A stretch of DNA of 64,000 bases from Camelus dromedarius (lineage: Eukaryota). Each line of letters begins with the position of its first letter. Positions within the stretch are counted from its first letter, which is position 1. Made by a program: the position numbers and the translations under genes. Location: assembly GCF_036321535.1 (NCBI RefSeq), contig NC_087437.1, positions 27,530,001 to 27,594,000 of the forward strand, in the 5' to 3' direction. Below, piece by piece: positions 23,800 through 35,945 of the stretch. The notes beneath the pieces are model-generated. The model had not been told where the DNA came from, made no database searches, and saw only the letters and a program-made list of their open reading frames with translations.

Positions 23800-24545
23800 A
23801 ATTGTGATTTTTAAGAAACATATGTAATCATTTAATGATTTAAGTACATGTCACATGTTGTCCATGTCACTGAGTGTTGCTGTAATTAATTTGTTTTGGT
23901 GACTGTAACAGTCCATTGTCTGGCCATGCCTCAGTTCATTCAGTTTCCTGTGTTTGGGATGTTTCCAAGTTTTTGCCCTTAGAAACCATACTACAGTGTA
24001 TATCCTTGTTGTCTCTTGATGAATATGTGAAAGGGTTTTCTTGTGTGCGTAAATCTAGGAATTAAATTGCTAGGTATATGAATGTTAAACTGTAGGAAAT
24101 AATACCAAACTATTTTCCAGAGTGGTTGTAGATCCTTTGTGGATGCAAATCCTCTTCAGTGTTGCATATTCTCAGATTTAAAATTTTTGCTTCTGAAATG
24201 TTACTACATTGTGTTTCTGATTTACATTTTCATGATCACTGTGATAGGGGCATCTCTTCATATGATAATTGGTTATTTCCATGGAATGTCTGATCGTATC
24301 TTTTGTTCATTTTTCTATTGGGTTATTTGTGCTGTTACTGATTTGTAGAAATCCTTCGAGTATTGTTGATACCTGCTTTGTTGGGTGTGTGTATGGTGAA
24401 TAACATCTCCCAGATTGTAACTTGGCCTTTCTCCTTTAAAGTATTTTTTGATAAACAAATGTTACAAATTTTAATATATTCAAATTATTTTTTTTTCAAA
24501 TTAGTGCTTTTTGTATCAAAAGAAAAATTTCTAATGTCAGAGTTT
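23800..24545 (-). mobile_element. Old L1 (L1ME-like) fragment, interrupted by Charlie1
   Basis: Degenerate antisense L1 (CTAGGAATTAAATTGCTAGG...CCAAACTATTTTCCAGAGTGGTTGTA); appears to resume at ~25782-25880. Confidence 0.65.
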
Positions 24546-25781
24546 AAGATTCTTATAATATGGTCTGTGGAACCATGGGGTTCTGGACACTTTCAGGGGG
24601 AGCCGTGAGGTCAGCCCGTTTTCATGTGGTTTGCCTTTGTTACTCACTGTGCTGCCATTTGTACTAATGGGGCAGAAGCCATGGTGTGTAGAACAACCCT
24701 GCTGGCACTTCAGCACAGATCAAGGCCGTGTACCCAGCTGTGTGTCCTGTAGTCACTGCATCCCTACTACCATGCAGTCTTAGTAAACAAAAAAGAAAAA
24801 GCCAAGTTCACTTTAGAATGACCATGACGAAGTAATATATATTCTTCATTTGATTATATCTTACAGTATGTGTCATTTAAATGTTTTATGTGACATTGTG
24901 GGAATTGTTCACAAAACACTTCTGCTGTATATGATGGTTGTTTAGAGGAACTACACTTGAGTGAGTTGTGAGCTAAATTAGATGCTTTTTCCATAGAACA
25001 CCATTTTTACTGGAAAGAATGATACACAATCTGTAGTCACTCATTTGGCAGACATTTTCTCAAAATTGAATGAGCTGAGCCTTCAAATCAAGGCAAACAA
25101 ATAGCAGCACTTTCAGTATTCAGACTAAAATCAATGTCAGCATTAATACTATTTTTTGCTACTATATGATGAAAATTATACTTCAAAGTTCTAGGTGAAT
25201 GTACCTCTCCAAATGACCAGTGATTATGTAGTATAAAACCTAGCAGGGGTAAAAGATTTCTTCCAAGTCCAAGTTACACTAAAGGATTTACTGTAGCAAA
25301 AATATTCATTGATATGGATTTAGTTTCTACTTTGCAGCCAACCTTTAAGAAACTGCCACTTTTTGAGTTTTGGTGTGATACCAAAGAAGAAAATCCAGCA
25401 GGCTGTTTCTTCCTTTTTCCTATTATATATGTGTGTGAGACTAGATTTTCTTCAATATACTTTAAGTAAAACTACATTTTGAAGCTGATCTAATGCAGAA
25501 GTGGATATGAGAATTTAAATGTTTTTGACCGGTTGTTAAAGAGATAAACAAAACTGTAGAACAGTGCCACTTTTCTAACTAAAACCTTTTGGGGAAAATA
25601 TAATTACATTTCACAAGAATGTGTTATTCATATTAACACTTTATGCTATTTTTGAAATGAAGGAAAAGTAAATATGAGTTTCACAATTTAAATTTCTAAT
25701 ATAGTAAACATTGCAAGGTGTAACTTACACAAAAATCTTCTCTATTTAAGGGATCTTGAGACTGAAAGTTTGACAGTTCTT
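24546..25781 (+). mobile_element. Charlie1a-like hAT DNA transposon
   Basis: Left end TGGTCTGTGGAACCATGGGG...CTTTCAGGGGGAGCCGTGAGGTCA; right end GGGATCTTGAGACTGAAAGTTTGA; decayed internal sequence. Confidence 0.8.
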
Positions 25782-26859
25782 GGCTAAAATGTATTTTGCT
25801 CTATTTTCTAATCAGGTTTTTTTTTTTTAGGGTTTCTTTGCTTATTTTAGTATATCAGCTCTTAATCCATATGTATCCTGAACAGTATGCAGATTGTCTG
25901 TGAAAAGTGATTAAATTAAAAATATAAAAGACTTCTCCGGCTACAATTGTAACTCCTACACGTCAGATATCTTTTCATTACCTTTTTTCCTCTTTTCTGG
26001 TAAGGTTGTCTGTTTGGTTATCTATCCATCCACCAAACATGTGAATTAAGCAAGTAAGAACTCTCGTGTCTTCCTCCCACCTCTTACTGTATAGGACGCC
26101 ACCTGTGGGGCTCACAGGCCCTGACCCAGATCTCCAGGCTCCCTAGCTCTCAGGCCCATTCTTCTGGCCTGGAAGCACCGGCCTGCTCGTTTACAGGGGT
26201 CACTGATGGTGGTTGGTGCTCAGTGGTCGTGTTGAGACATACTCACTACTTAGGTACTGACATGATGCCCAGTATTCTGTCAGAATGATAGGAGGTAATT
26301 GGAGAGAAGTATTCATTTACCCTCATGTTGTGATTTCTTATTTGGCTCCACGAGTGTCAGAATCTAACGCAAGAAATTTCCTGTGGGATTTTACTCTTGC
26401 TTAGTACTGCCTCTAACTTAAGTTATTTGCAAGAAAAGGGGAGGGAATTTGATTTTTACTGAGTAGCTCCTATGTGCCAGGTGCTAGCATGTCTCAGTAT
26501 CCTAGTAGCTTTTGGGGGTGATAGCTTTATCATGATGTTTTATAGGTGATGGGACAGAGGAGGAACAAAGAGGCAAAGAGCTGAAAAACAAAACAATGTA
26601 GCTCAAGGTCACAGTAGATTCAAATTCAGCTCTTTGCCCGCAAAATGCCTGCTTTTTCGACCATGCAAAATTGCCTTTCTAAAAATCTGAGTCCCAATAA
26701 TATTGACTATTTTATACAAAGTGATTGTTGTCATTGTTGTATAAATACCTAGTTAAGGGGCAGAGCAGCCCTGCATACTCTTGGATCTCCAGCTTGTGTT
26801 TATGTATAAATTACAATTTTTGTTGGATACACTTATCTCCTTAGATCAGAGACAAGGTG

Positions 26860-27010
26860 GGGTAAGTGAAAGGGCACTGGGTTTGAGGCCAGATGACTTT
26901 TTCCTTTAAGTTCAGTCCTTGGCCCTTACTAGCTGTGTTATCCTGTTTGAATCACTGACCCTCTCTGGATTCCAGTTTCCTAGTAGGCAAAACAGAGCCA
27001 ATGATAGAAG
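26860..27010 (+). mobile_element. MIR SINE
   Basis: CTTACTAGCTGTG...CTCTCTGGATTCCAGTTTCCT. Confidence 0.7.
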
Positions 27011-29949
27011 TCCTTTTCCAGTGTAATTTGGCTGCTAGAAACACCCAATTTTGATAACAGTATCTGTGCAAAGGCTTTAAAAGCAGAGGAGTGCCTGTGG
27101 GGATGACCAGAAGTCCTGACTCTCACTAGCAGGTAAAATTACAAAAACCGTCATTGCTGGTGTTTGCCTCACCCGTGCACTTCTGGGGCTGCCTCTCGAC
27201 ACTGTGTCGCTTTTCTTTTTTAATAAGTCGAGCATTTAAATCGCTGATATTTTGACTGTTTTTTTATCTACCAGATGAGTCAGTTTTATAGGTTAATGCG
27301 GATACATTTAACGGTCATTAGTGAAATTGCATAGAAGCAGTTAAATCTATATAATTGTACCGAAGGGCATGTGGCTAAAAGTGAACAAGCCTAGATCTTG
27401 GTTATGTTTTACAGAACAAACTCTTCCTCTGGATTTTCTTTCCCGGGTTATCTGATGGCACGTGCGAATCCCAAGTAGCCAGTGAAATGTTTGATGTTGA
27501 AGAAGCACGAAAGGCCTTAACGTGTCTTCCCCTAGAATGAGTGGGGCGGATGCAGAGAGTTGGCTAGAACGAGGGGTTGCAAATGCCAGTCTCTCCCTTT
27601 TAATTATGTTAAGTGTGAGATTCTTCCTGTATGTCTAAATACGTATATACAGATACATGTATTTTCTCCTGTGAATGCTTTTTTTAAGCGAGGAGAGCTG
27701 GCAGGAAAGTTGGTAGGTGTAAATATGCATTAGAGAGAAGACTTCAGTGGTTGTAGTTTCTCTGTCTAGAGAGTCATTTATTAAGAAGGAAGAGCCGCAG
27801 CTGCTAAAAAAATACTAAATGTAGTGATTTAAATTTTTTTTTTTTGGTGGCAGAGTGGGGAGGTGTTTGTGGTTGGTAAATTATGCTTTAAATCTCTGCC
27901 TTCTTTAGTGGCAGTGTTCTTACAATTTTTCCAGAAAATGGGGCTCTTTAAGAAAAGATTTTCTTCTTTTGGGCTGGGAGATAAACTGGAATGGATTCTA
28001 AGCATGAATCAAGTTTTAAAATTATCTATTACTTTAGATTTTATGGAATTAACTACTCGATTTCTAGAAAAGCAAGCAACAGAATAAGTTCCACAAGTGA
28101 TGGGCTTTGTCGTTGCAGTCCGCAGATTAAAACTACCAGGGCTTGATATTTAAGTGTTTTATGAAATCTCTGAGGAAGAAATCAGAAGTTAAGAATCAAG
28201 GACATGAAAATCAAAATCTAAAACATTAACAAAAGCTAATACAGCGACTATGAGGCTTATTTAATCCCTGTTCCTTTCCTTTGAAAATCAATGGTGACTC
28301 ACCGTTAAATCCACACCAGGAGCCCAGGAGTTTAGCTTCTCAGAGAAGACTTTAAATGCTTCCTCCCATTTTCAGTTTTTAGTGAGGTTGTGGCCTTTTG
28401 TGCTCTTAAACCAAACCTTCTGTTTTTCCTTTTTTTTTTCCCCCTATCCAGTATTTGAGTTCTTTATCGAACTCCCTGGGCTCTAAGGATGACGTCGTGA
28501 CCCAGCTGTAACTGTGCTCTCTCTTCACCAGATCCAGAACTGATTTTAACTCACTATCCACATACACACAACACTTTTACAAGCAATACGATTACAGATT
28601 TTTAAAAATAGGAATTTCCAAAAGCCCACGCACAAGCTCATAAAAGAAAATCCTGCTTCATGGAATTAAAAAGAACATATACAGGGAAAAGTTAATCGAA
28701 ACTGCATTTAGTCTTTGAACCTAGAAAAGCCATTCTGTCCATTAAAAAAATAATAATAATTTAGGACGTTATGAGCACAGAAAGCCATTTTACATGGGAA
28801 TTACAAATATTCTTTAAATAAGCTGCACTGAATGAACTTTTCCTACTTACCAATTTTTCTAGTCTCTTACGGTCTCTGAAGGCAAGGTCGGATCAACAAC
28901 TGAGTGTAACATCTGATGTTGAGGGAAATACTCTTTGCTTTCTGCCTGGGCTGCCCGTGTTGACCAGTGGGAAGTGCTGCATTAGCTCTCAAACAAAAAC
29001 ATTTAAAGTGCTCTATGAAATGCTGACATCTTGCCAGAGGCTAGAATGTCAAGTACCACAGATGTCCAGTCCCCTTCAGAGCCCAGCTCTCCTACGTGCT
29101 CGGGTGAGATGGATCTGCCTGACTTGTGCTTAGGGTGGCAAATGACCAAGGCCTGACTGGACAGTAACTGGTATGAAACCGGGTGCAGAGAGCACGGTGG
29201 GGGGAAACCGTGTGAGTGAGAGCCTGAACCAGCAGGAGGCTCAGTCTTCCCCATGCCTGGCTATGACCTCTTTTTGTGAAGCTGCTGTAGGAATAGCTTC
29301 TGTATTTATCAGGAAGTATTTTCAACTTGTAATTTGCTCCGCTTCCACTAACTCCTTGAAAATTGTTGGAAAACCGAAAAATATTTGAGAGTAAAACAGA
29401 CCAGAACCTTGGCACTTTCTGTACCAGGGGATGCGATGGGGAGGGAGGCTGTGCCAGTGTGTGTTCACCTGAGAGTCTTGATCAGTGACGGGCAAGATCA
29501 CTATCCAATGAGAAGAGAGATGGGAAGGCCCCCAAAGCTGTCTCCTTTGGACCAGGGTGGTTTACCCTCTAGCCTGACCCTCTTCTAGGGAACGGACTGC
29601 TCTGCTGGAAATAATACCCTGACGCACTCCCAGCCTTGAATTGGCGCTCTTGGGTCTCGTAGTTTTCCTTCAGGTTACCCCTCCTCTTAAATCTGATTTT
29701 GGAGCACCCTGTTTGGCCTTAATTTCTGACTTGTTTCCTTACTTAACAAACTGTTGCCAAGATTCTTTCCTCTTCCGTAGTCCTCTGGATTCATGCAGCC
29801 ATCATTCATCTCAGGAGGACGGGCCTGCGTCTGCATACTCTTGTCTTCTTCAGACTTCCAGTTTGGGACCTTCATCAACTTTACTCATTTTACCAGCTTC
29901 TTTCTCTTTTTCTTAAGATAGTGTGCTCATTATCAGTCCTGCTTATTCT

Positions 29950-30430
29950 CATTGTCAGACAAAATAAAACAGAACCCCTGAAAGCTCTGATTGACCTTAA
30001 GTCCCTTTTATCTGGCACTACCACTGGTCACCCAAGCTGTAAACCGTTAAATTCTCCTTCACTGTCTCATCACTAGCTGGTCAAACACCAAATCTAAGTA
30101 TTTCTTGTCTATGATTCCCACCAAACCCAAGGTCATTTTTGTCCTGTACGCCCTTCCTCCAGTCTGTTCCCCCACCTTGGTGTCTGCCCTCCAGTCACCT
30201 GCGAGCAGGACCCCTGTGAATTATAAGCATGGCCGTGTCTTTTTTTGTAGGTCCTTACTGCTTACGAGGTCTTGCTGTTCCTGGGCTGTGTGACTGACGC
30301 TCCTCCGCTGACACTGCTTGCCCTGAACTTCACGTCCCGGCAGCGCTGACCTCTTTGAACTCCCTGCAGTTATCTATGGCCCTTGGGCTTATGCCTTTCC
30401 CTCTGCCTGCAGTAATTTTCTGGAATAATT
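29950..30430 (+). mobile_element. LINE-2 fragment
   Basis: Degenerate pyrimidine-rich L2-like sequence (CACCCAAGCTGTAAACC...; GGCCTTGGGCTTATGCC-like 3' segment). Confidence 0.5.
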
Positions 30431-33400
30431 TTTCCTTCACCTATTGCGTCCTGAATTTGAATTGCGTTTCTGAAGTTTCGGTGTCCTTGTACAGTTTTCC
30501 CCGTTGTCTGAAAGCAGAGCGTTCCTGTGAAACCTTCGTAAGCCGGAGTGGTGTAAAGCGAAGAGGCGGTTACCTTGGGACACGTCTTGCTAACGGGTGC
30601 ACAGGTGCTCACGGTCGTGGTTCGAAGCCACGGCGGCTTGATGCTGAGGTGCCCAGTGTAGTTCCCGGGGAAGGAGCTGGGGTGCCACTCTCACTGCGGG
30701 TGCACCCTGCCTCTGTAATGACTCCCTGCAAAGTAAATGCTGAACGCTATTTTCACTATTTTTGCTTTTCGTCTTTTTTTCATAAAAGCAAAAATCCCTT
30801 TTGGATTTCTTTTGGTTACTAAAAACAGGTACTAATGTAGGTGTTTTGTAAAAGTGAAGTGTAAAGTGAACTTTCGAAAAGCAGAGGTGATACCTGTACT
30901 CCTGTCTCAATTTTTATTATATCCACGTACCGTCTTCTCTATTATATCTGATTTTTGTTTACATGGAGTCTCCCTAAAAATTAAATGTGTAGCTTCACCC
31001 TAAGCAAAAATGTCTTTGAAATGGTAGATTTTAGGGGTTTAGTCTTTTGATTTAAGTAATTTCATAACTATTTTCTGAGTCCCATTCTCCTGAGTGTTTC
31101 TCAAACCCATGGAAACACTGCTTCAGACATAGTTCTGCCTGCCTTTCCTCTGTGAAGCTGTTCTTTCTTCCAAGTTTTCCTTCCAACGCTTGGTATGTTT
31201 CATAAATGAGACTTCTAAACATTGATAAAGACCAGAGTAGAAGTGAATATGCTCACTTGTATTTTGAAGGCTTGTGATCCATGATACAAAAATAAACTAA
31301 CTTTTATAAATACTCAGTTTGACATGCAGGAATGTCTTTGTTTATAATCCAGTAACTACTAGAACTAGCTCAGATACAAAGAAACGTTGAATCAAATGTG
31401 TATATTTTCAACAAAACCAGTATTTGGGGCAGTGCAGATCCAACTGACTTTAATTTTATGGGATTAAATAATGATCGTGATATTGAAAGTAACAATGCCA
31501 CATGAAAATGCTAAGGGGGGATTTTTTTTTTAAGGAACTTGTATGTGTATAATGGTATTCTGATTTGTAAGCTGCTGGGAGAGCTGGAGGTGCATGAAAT
31601 TCAAATCTCTACGTCTTATGAGTTCAGCACTCTTAGGGAATTACGAGGAAAAAGCACTGCCAGAATCCTCTAGCGCAAAGCTGAGGACTTGCGGAAGCCT
31701 GGGGGCATGACAGGACCCCAATAGTGAGAGAAATATCCGTGTCTGGGATTTAAGAATGTCCAAAGCGAAATAGGCCAACATAAACAAGGAGGGGATATTC
31801 CTATAAAGTAGGTAATTTGAGAAGCACACCCCTTTTTACTGTGTTTTAGTGGGTCGTGTCTGTAGTTTTGCACCGTGCCAGAAACCTTTGGACTGTCTGT
31901 CTGTCCTAGGAAGCTCCCCCAACCCCATCACTCCTCCGAGTGGAAATGAGGCACCAGCAGCACGAGCTGTACGTTACGATGTGGCCAAGACCACGTCCCA
32001 TTTCCAAGCACACCATCTCTTCTCTCACCGCTGGCCCTGCTCAGGTTGTTTGCTGGAATGGCCCCTTCCGTCTCTACCTGTTGACCTCTTGTGCCTCCTT
32101 TAAACCAGCCCCGACTCTACGGCTTATGGAGCTTTCCCTTATCTTCCCGCGAGGAGTGAATGAACTGTCACCCGCTCTCTGAGTTTCTGTAGCGCTTCAT
32201 TTGAGTTGTGACTAGGCCACTCCTCAGACCTTGTCCTGTGTCACTGATGCTAATGGCTGTCTCTCCTGGTTTGGGGGAAAGGCAGGTCTTTTGCTGACGC
32301 TCCCTGAGTTTGTTATTCATGCAGTCACCTGCCCTGTTGGGCTGGAGGGCAGGTGATTTTCTGCAGCCTCTGTCACCCCCGGTTGCCAGGCTGGCTTCCT
32401 GAGCTTGGCACGTTACCCCTCTGGAATCCATGGGCGCTTTCTCTCCTAAGACCCCAGTGAGAAAGGAAGGTCTTTCAGAGGCAAGAAGGTGATTGCATTT
32501 ATCGAATAAGGACCTCCACTATTTTCCCTTCTTCCATCTTTTCCTAGCTTGAAAAATTTAGACATCCTTTTAATTTTGTTTTCTTTTTGTTGGTAATTAA
32601 ATTAAACTGATTTAAATTTTTTTGTCAGTCATGCGTTTATGTACTTTAAGAACCCAAATAATTGAATAAAACTTAAAATGAAAAATAGTCCTGCCCTTTT
32701 CCTAGGCCCCAGGAGCCACCTCTTCCACTTTTTTGGCTATTGCTTCTGGGTCTCAGCACCTGAGTTCCTCTGTGACTGGCAGTTCTTGTCTTCTGGTCAT
32801 GTCTGTTGTTTTCTTTGTGTGGAGGATGAAGATTTAGCTCCTTTTCCCTCCATATGTCTCTTCACCTGGAGAATTATGTCTGTGGTTTTGGATAAATCAG
32901 TATCCCTTATTCATAAAATTAGAACCACGTCAGTATTATCTATAACCGAAGCTCATCACTTGCGTTGAAAAGGGATTGCAATTCCCCAGCCTTCTCTAGT
33001 GACCAGAGGAAACTGCCCTTTTAGTCTAATGAAGGCAGACTTCCCTCTGGGACCAGGCTGCCCATTTTCCCATTTACAGTTAGTTAAGATATATAAACAT
33101 GCTGTACAAATGTTAGCTCTTGTTATCACTTCAATATTACAATTTGAGCCAAACCTCATTTAGTCCAGTTCTTAACTACACGTGTATGAATAAGCTTAAA
33201 AGTACTTTTGCCAGCAGCTGCGTTAAGAGGAAATACGCAAGTCCAGGTGTCTGTTTGTGCAGCTTTGGCTGGGTAGATACTTCTGAGCATTATACCTCAG
33301 CAGGCAGAGGAAATGTGTGTTGACAAATCCTTCTTATTTATAGTTTTCTGTCACTTTTCAGCGAAGAAGCCTTCCAGCTCAGCCATTTTAGGCATTTTGC

Positions 33401-34259
33401 TTTCAGCAGCTTGCAGTTACTGCCGTCTTGGAAAAGTCACATACACGATATACACACACTTCCAAATCTCTGTTTTTTATTCTTCCCAGTTGAAATTTAC
33501 CTGCTACCAAAAGCCTAAATCAGGTTCTGATCCTTTGCCTTGCTACTCTCTTTTGTAGTTTTCCCAGAAGCCTTATATTATACTTGATAAGCAGGGCCCT
33601 TGGTTTTATTCATTTAAAAATACGGACAACCACGTAAAAGATAAAAGCTTCTGAGTCATAAATAGGCAGGCTGGGTTTGGGCTCATGGAGTTGATGGGAC
33701 TGTTGGGAGGCCAGCTGCACGTGAGAATAAGCAATCCGAGGAAAGAGCTAACAGCTCAGTAACTGGGGGGACAGGGGAGGAATTCAGTGGCTTTCATTAG
33801 TTTGTAAAAATAAATTTTGAGGGTTCATGCTAGTTGGTAACCCTCATGTGTGAGAGTGTGACTTAAATAGCTAAACTTTTGTCATAGCTCAGAGGGAAGG
33901 GTGTCTGGAGAATGAGCATCCGGGAGAGAGAAAGTGCATGGCAGGGAAGCACAGCTGAGCACAGGGCCTGCGGCGTGAGCGCCCGGCAGCGTGGCGGAGC
34001 GGCCGCGCGCCTTCTGCGGACAAGCTGTGACTGGTCACAGCCCTCTTTCCCGCACGCAGCCTTTCAGTCCTTCTTTATGCAGTCTTGAGCAGTTTATCAG
34101 AGCCTGACCTCGAGATGAAACCTTTGGCCATGCTTGGTCAGAGTTTCATCCAGGACAAAAATGAAGAAAAAGTTACAGCAGTCTTGTCTACCGTAGCACA
34201 GAGACAGAGTTGGAGTGAGATTGATTTGTGCTTCTTAAGTTAGTCCTACACAACGTGGT

Positions 34260-34410
34260 TGGAATTAACTTCAGTTACGGAAGTGAGCTCTGCCTCTTAT
34301 CAGCCCGAGTTTCTTGGGCCAGTCTCTACATTTCTGTTTCCCCATCTGTGAAAAGGATCTAGTTTCACCTACCTCCTTAAAGCTGTTGGAAAGTTTAAGT
34401 GAAGTAATGT
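34260..34410 (+). mobile_element. MIR SINE
   Basis: TCTGTTTCCCCATCTGTGAAAAGG...CCTACCTC. Confidence 0.6.
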
Positions 34411-35774
34411 ATGTTTTCTTATTGCTGCGCTCTGCCAAGGTGAGAGGTCAGTGAATGCCAGGGGCTGTTATTAATAAGATCACAGGTTAATTGTTTCTCA
34501 TGATTTTCTCAAAATTGTTTTACCATTGAATATATGGTAGATATAGGATGTTGTGTTTTGCAGTTTTAATAAATGTTGATTTTTATGAAAAGATTCAGAT
34601 TTGGGTAGAACTTTGGCTCCACCTTTGGCTCAGAGACCATGGTTATGGGAAAGCTCTCTGGTAACTGAGCCATCCTTAACTCTGGGAAAAGAATTTGCAA
34701 GCTATAAACGTAATTTCGAGACAAAACGAGCAGCAGCGTGCAGGAGCCTGGAAGCCTTTACAGTGCACCTGACGGAGTGCTTCATCTGGACTTTCACGTC
34801 CCTGGGCCCCGTGGTGGGGAAGCCGGGTCCATCCCCTTCCCCCCCCCCCCCCGTTCCATCCCTCCTTCCACTCAGTCCCCACAGAGGGTGTGAGTGCATC
34901 ATGCTCTCTCTTCACTGTGGTCAGCTTGCAAAGTGGTTAGGGTTCTGCTTCCTAATGTTAGACAAACTGTATGGTCCAAAAGTACCTCCATTGCCAGAAG
35001 TCACATCAGCCTGTTGCCCTGCAGGAAAGACTGAAGCTTATTATGCTAATGGCATTATTTAGCGATGTCTAGATGAGTCTCTTATTAAAGGCCTAGGAGA
35101 TGAAGCAAAATAATAGTAAAGGCAGGGAACGTTTGTTTTTCCTTAGGTAAGGAGAACAAGAGCTCATATGAGCAGAATATTTTGTAAATATTTTGTTAGT
35201 TCAGCTGACTGGTTATTAATCTATTCTGTTTTTTTGTGGGAAATAACAGAGGTTTTTTTTTTTTTTAATGGGCCGTAGGAAAGAAAAAAAAAGTAATGTT
35301 TGAATTTGCTAAATAATCTCTTGCCATTTGCCAAACCAAATATCACTTATCAACTCCACGTATGAAGTATGTGCTGTTTTGCCAGGAGTTCGGATGCTTA
35401 CCACTCTGTTAGAAGGGCTTTGTTTAAAAAAAAAAAAAGCAGCATATGATACAGCTGCTTCTGAAAAAGAAGAAATGATGTGGTTTTAAAAAGAGAGATG
35501 ATTATGAGAGATTGTGGGCATTTTCGATCTGTTAAGTTACCATGTGGAAGGGTTTCTAAGTGATCTTGCCTGGAAAGCATCTTGTTGTAGATTCTCTGTT
35601 TCACAACTTCAGTTTAATCCTTTTTCTTTTTTTTTTTTTTATAACTGAATGCTAATTGGTATGTTGTAGTTAGTCAAAATATTTATAGGATCTTGTCGCT
35701 GCATATTTATCTTTTAGGCATCTGTAACATTTCTCATCATGTGGTTGTGGGGAGGATGTGAGAGGCAGTATCTC

Positions 35775-35945
35775 TGATTGAGAGTGAGGTCTCCAGAATA
35801 GATTGCCCGAGCTGTAGCTGGCTCAGCTCATGCTGGCCGTGAATCCTTGAGCACATTACTTAACCTCTCTGTGCCTCAGCAGTCTCTTCCTGGGATGACC
35901 CATACAAAGGCAGTGTTAATATTTACTTCAAAATGTTTTTGTGAG
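35775..35945 (+). mobile_element. MIR SINE
   Basis: TTACTTAACCTCTCTGTGCCTCAG core. Confidence 0.75.

Noticed and set aside
30355..35062. 155-aa (30355-30822) and 153-aa (34601-35062) + strand ORFs as MED12L exons or new genes
   Set aside because: Non-ATG starts, no recognisable MED12-family or other domain, and overlap with repeat or low-complexity DNA.
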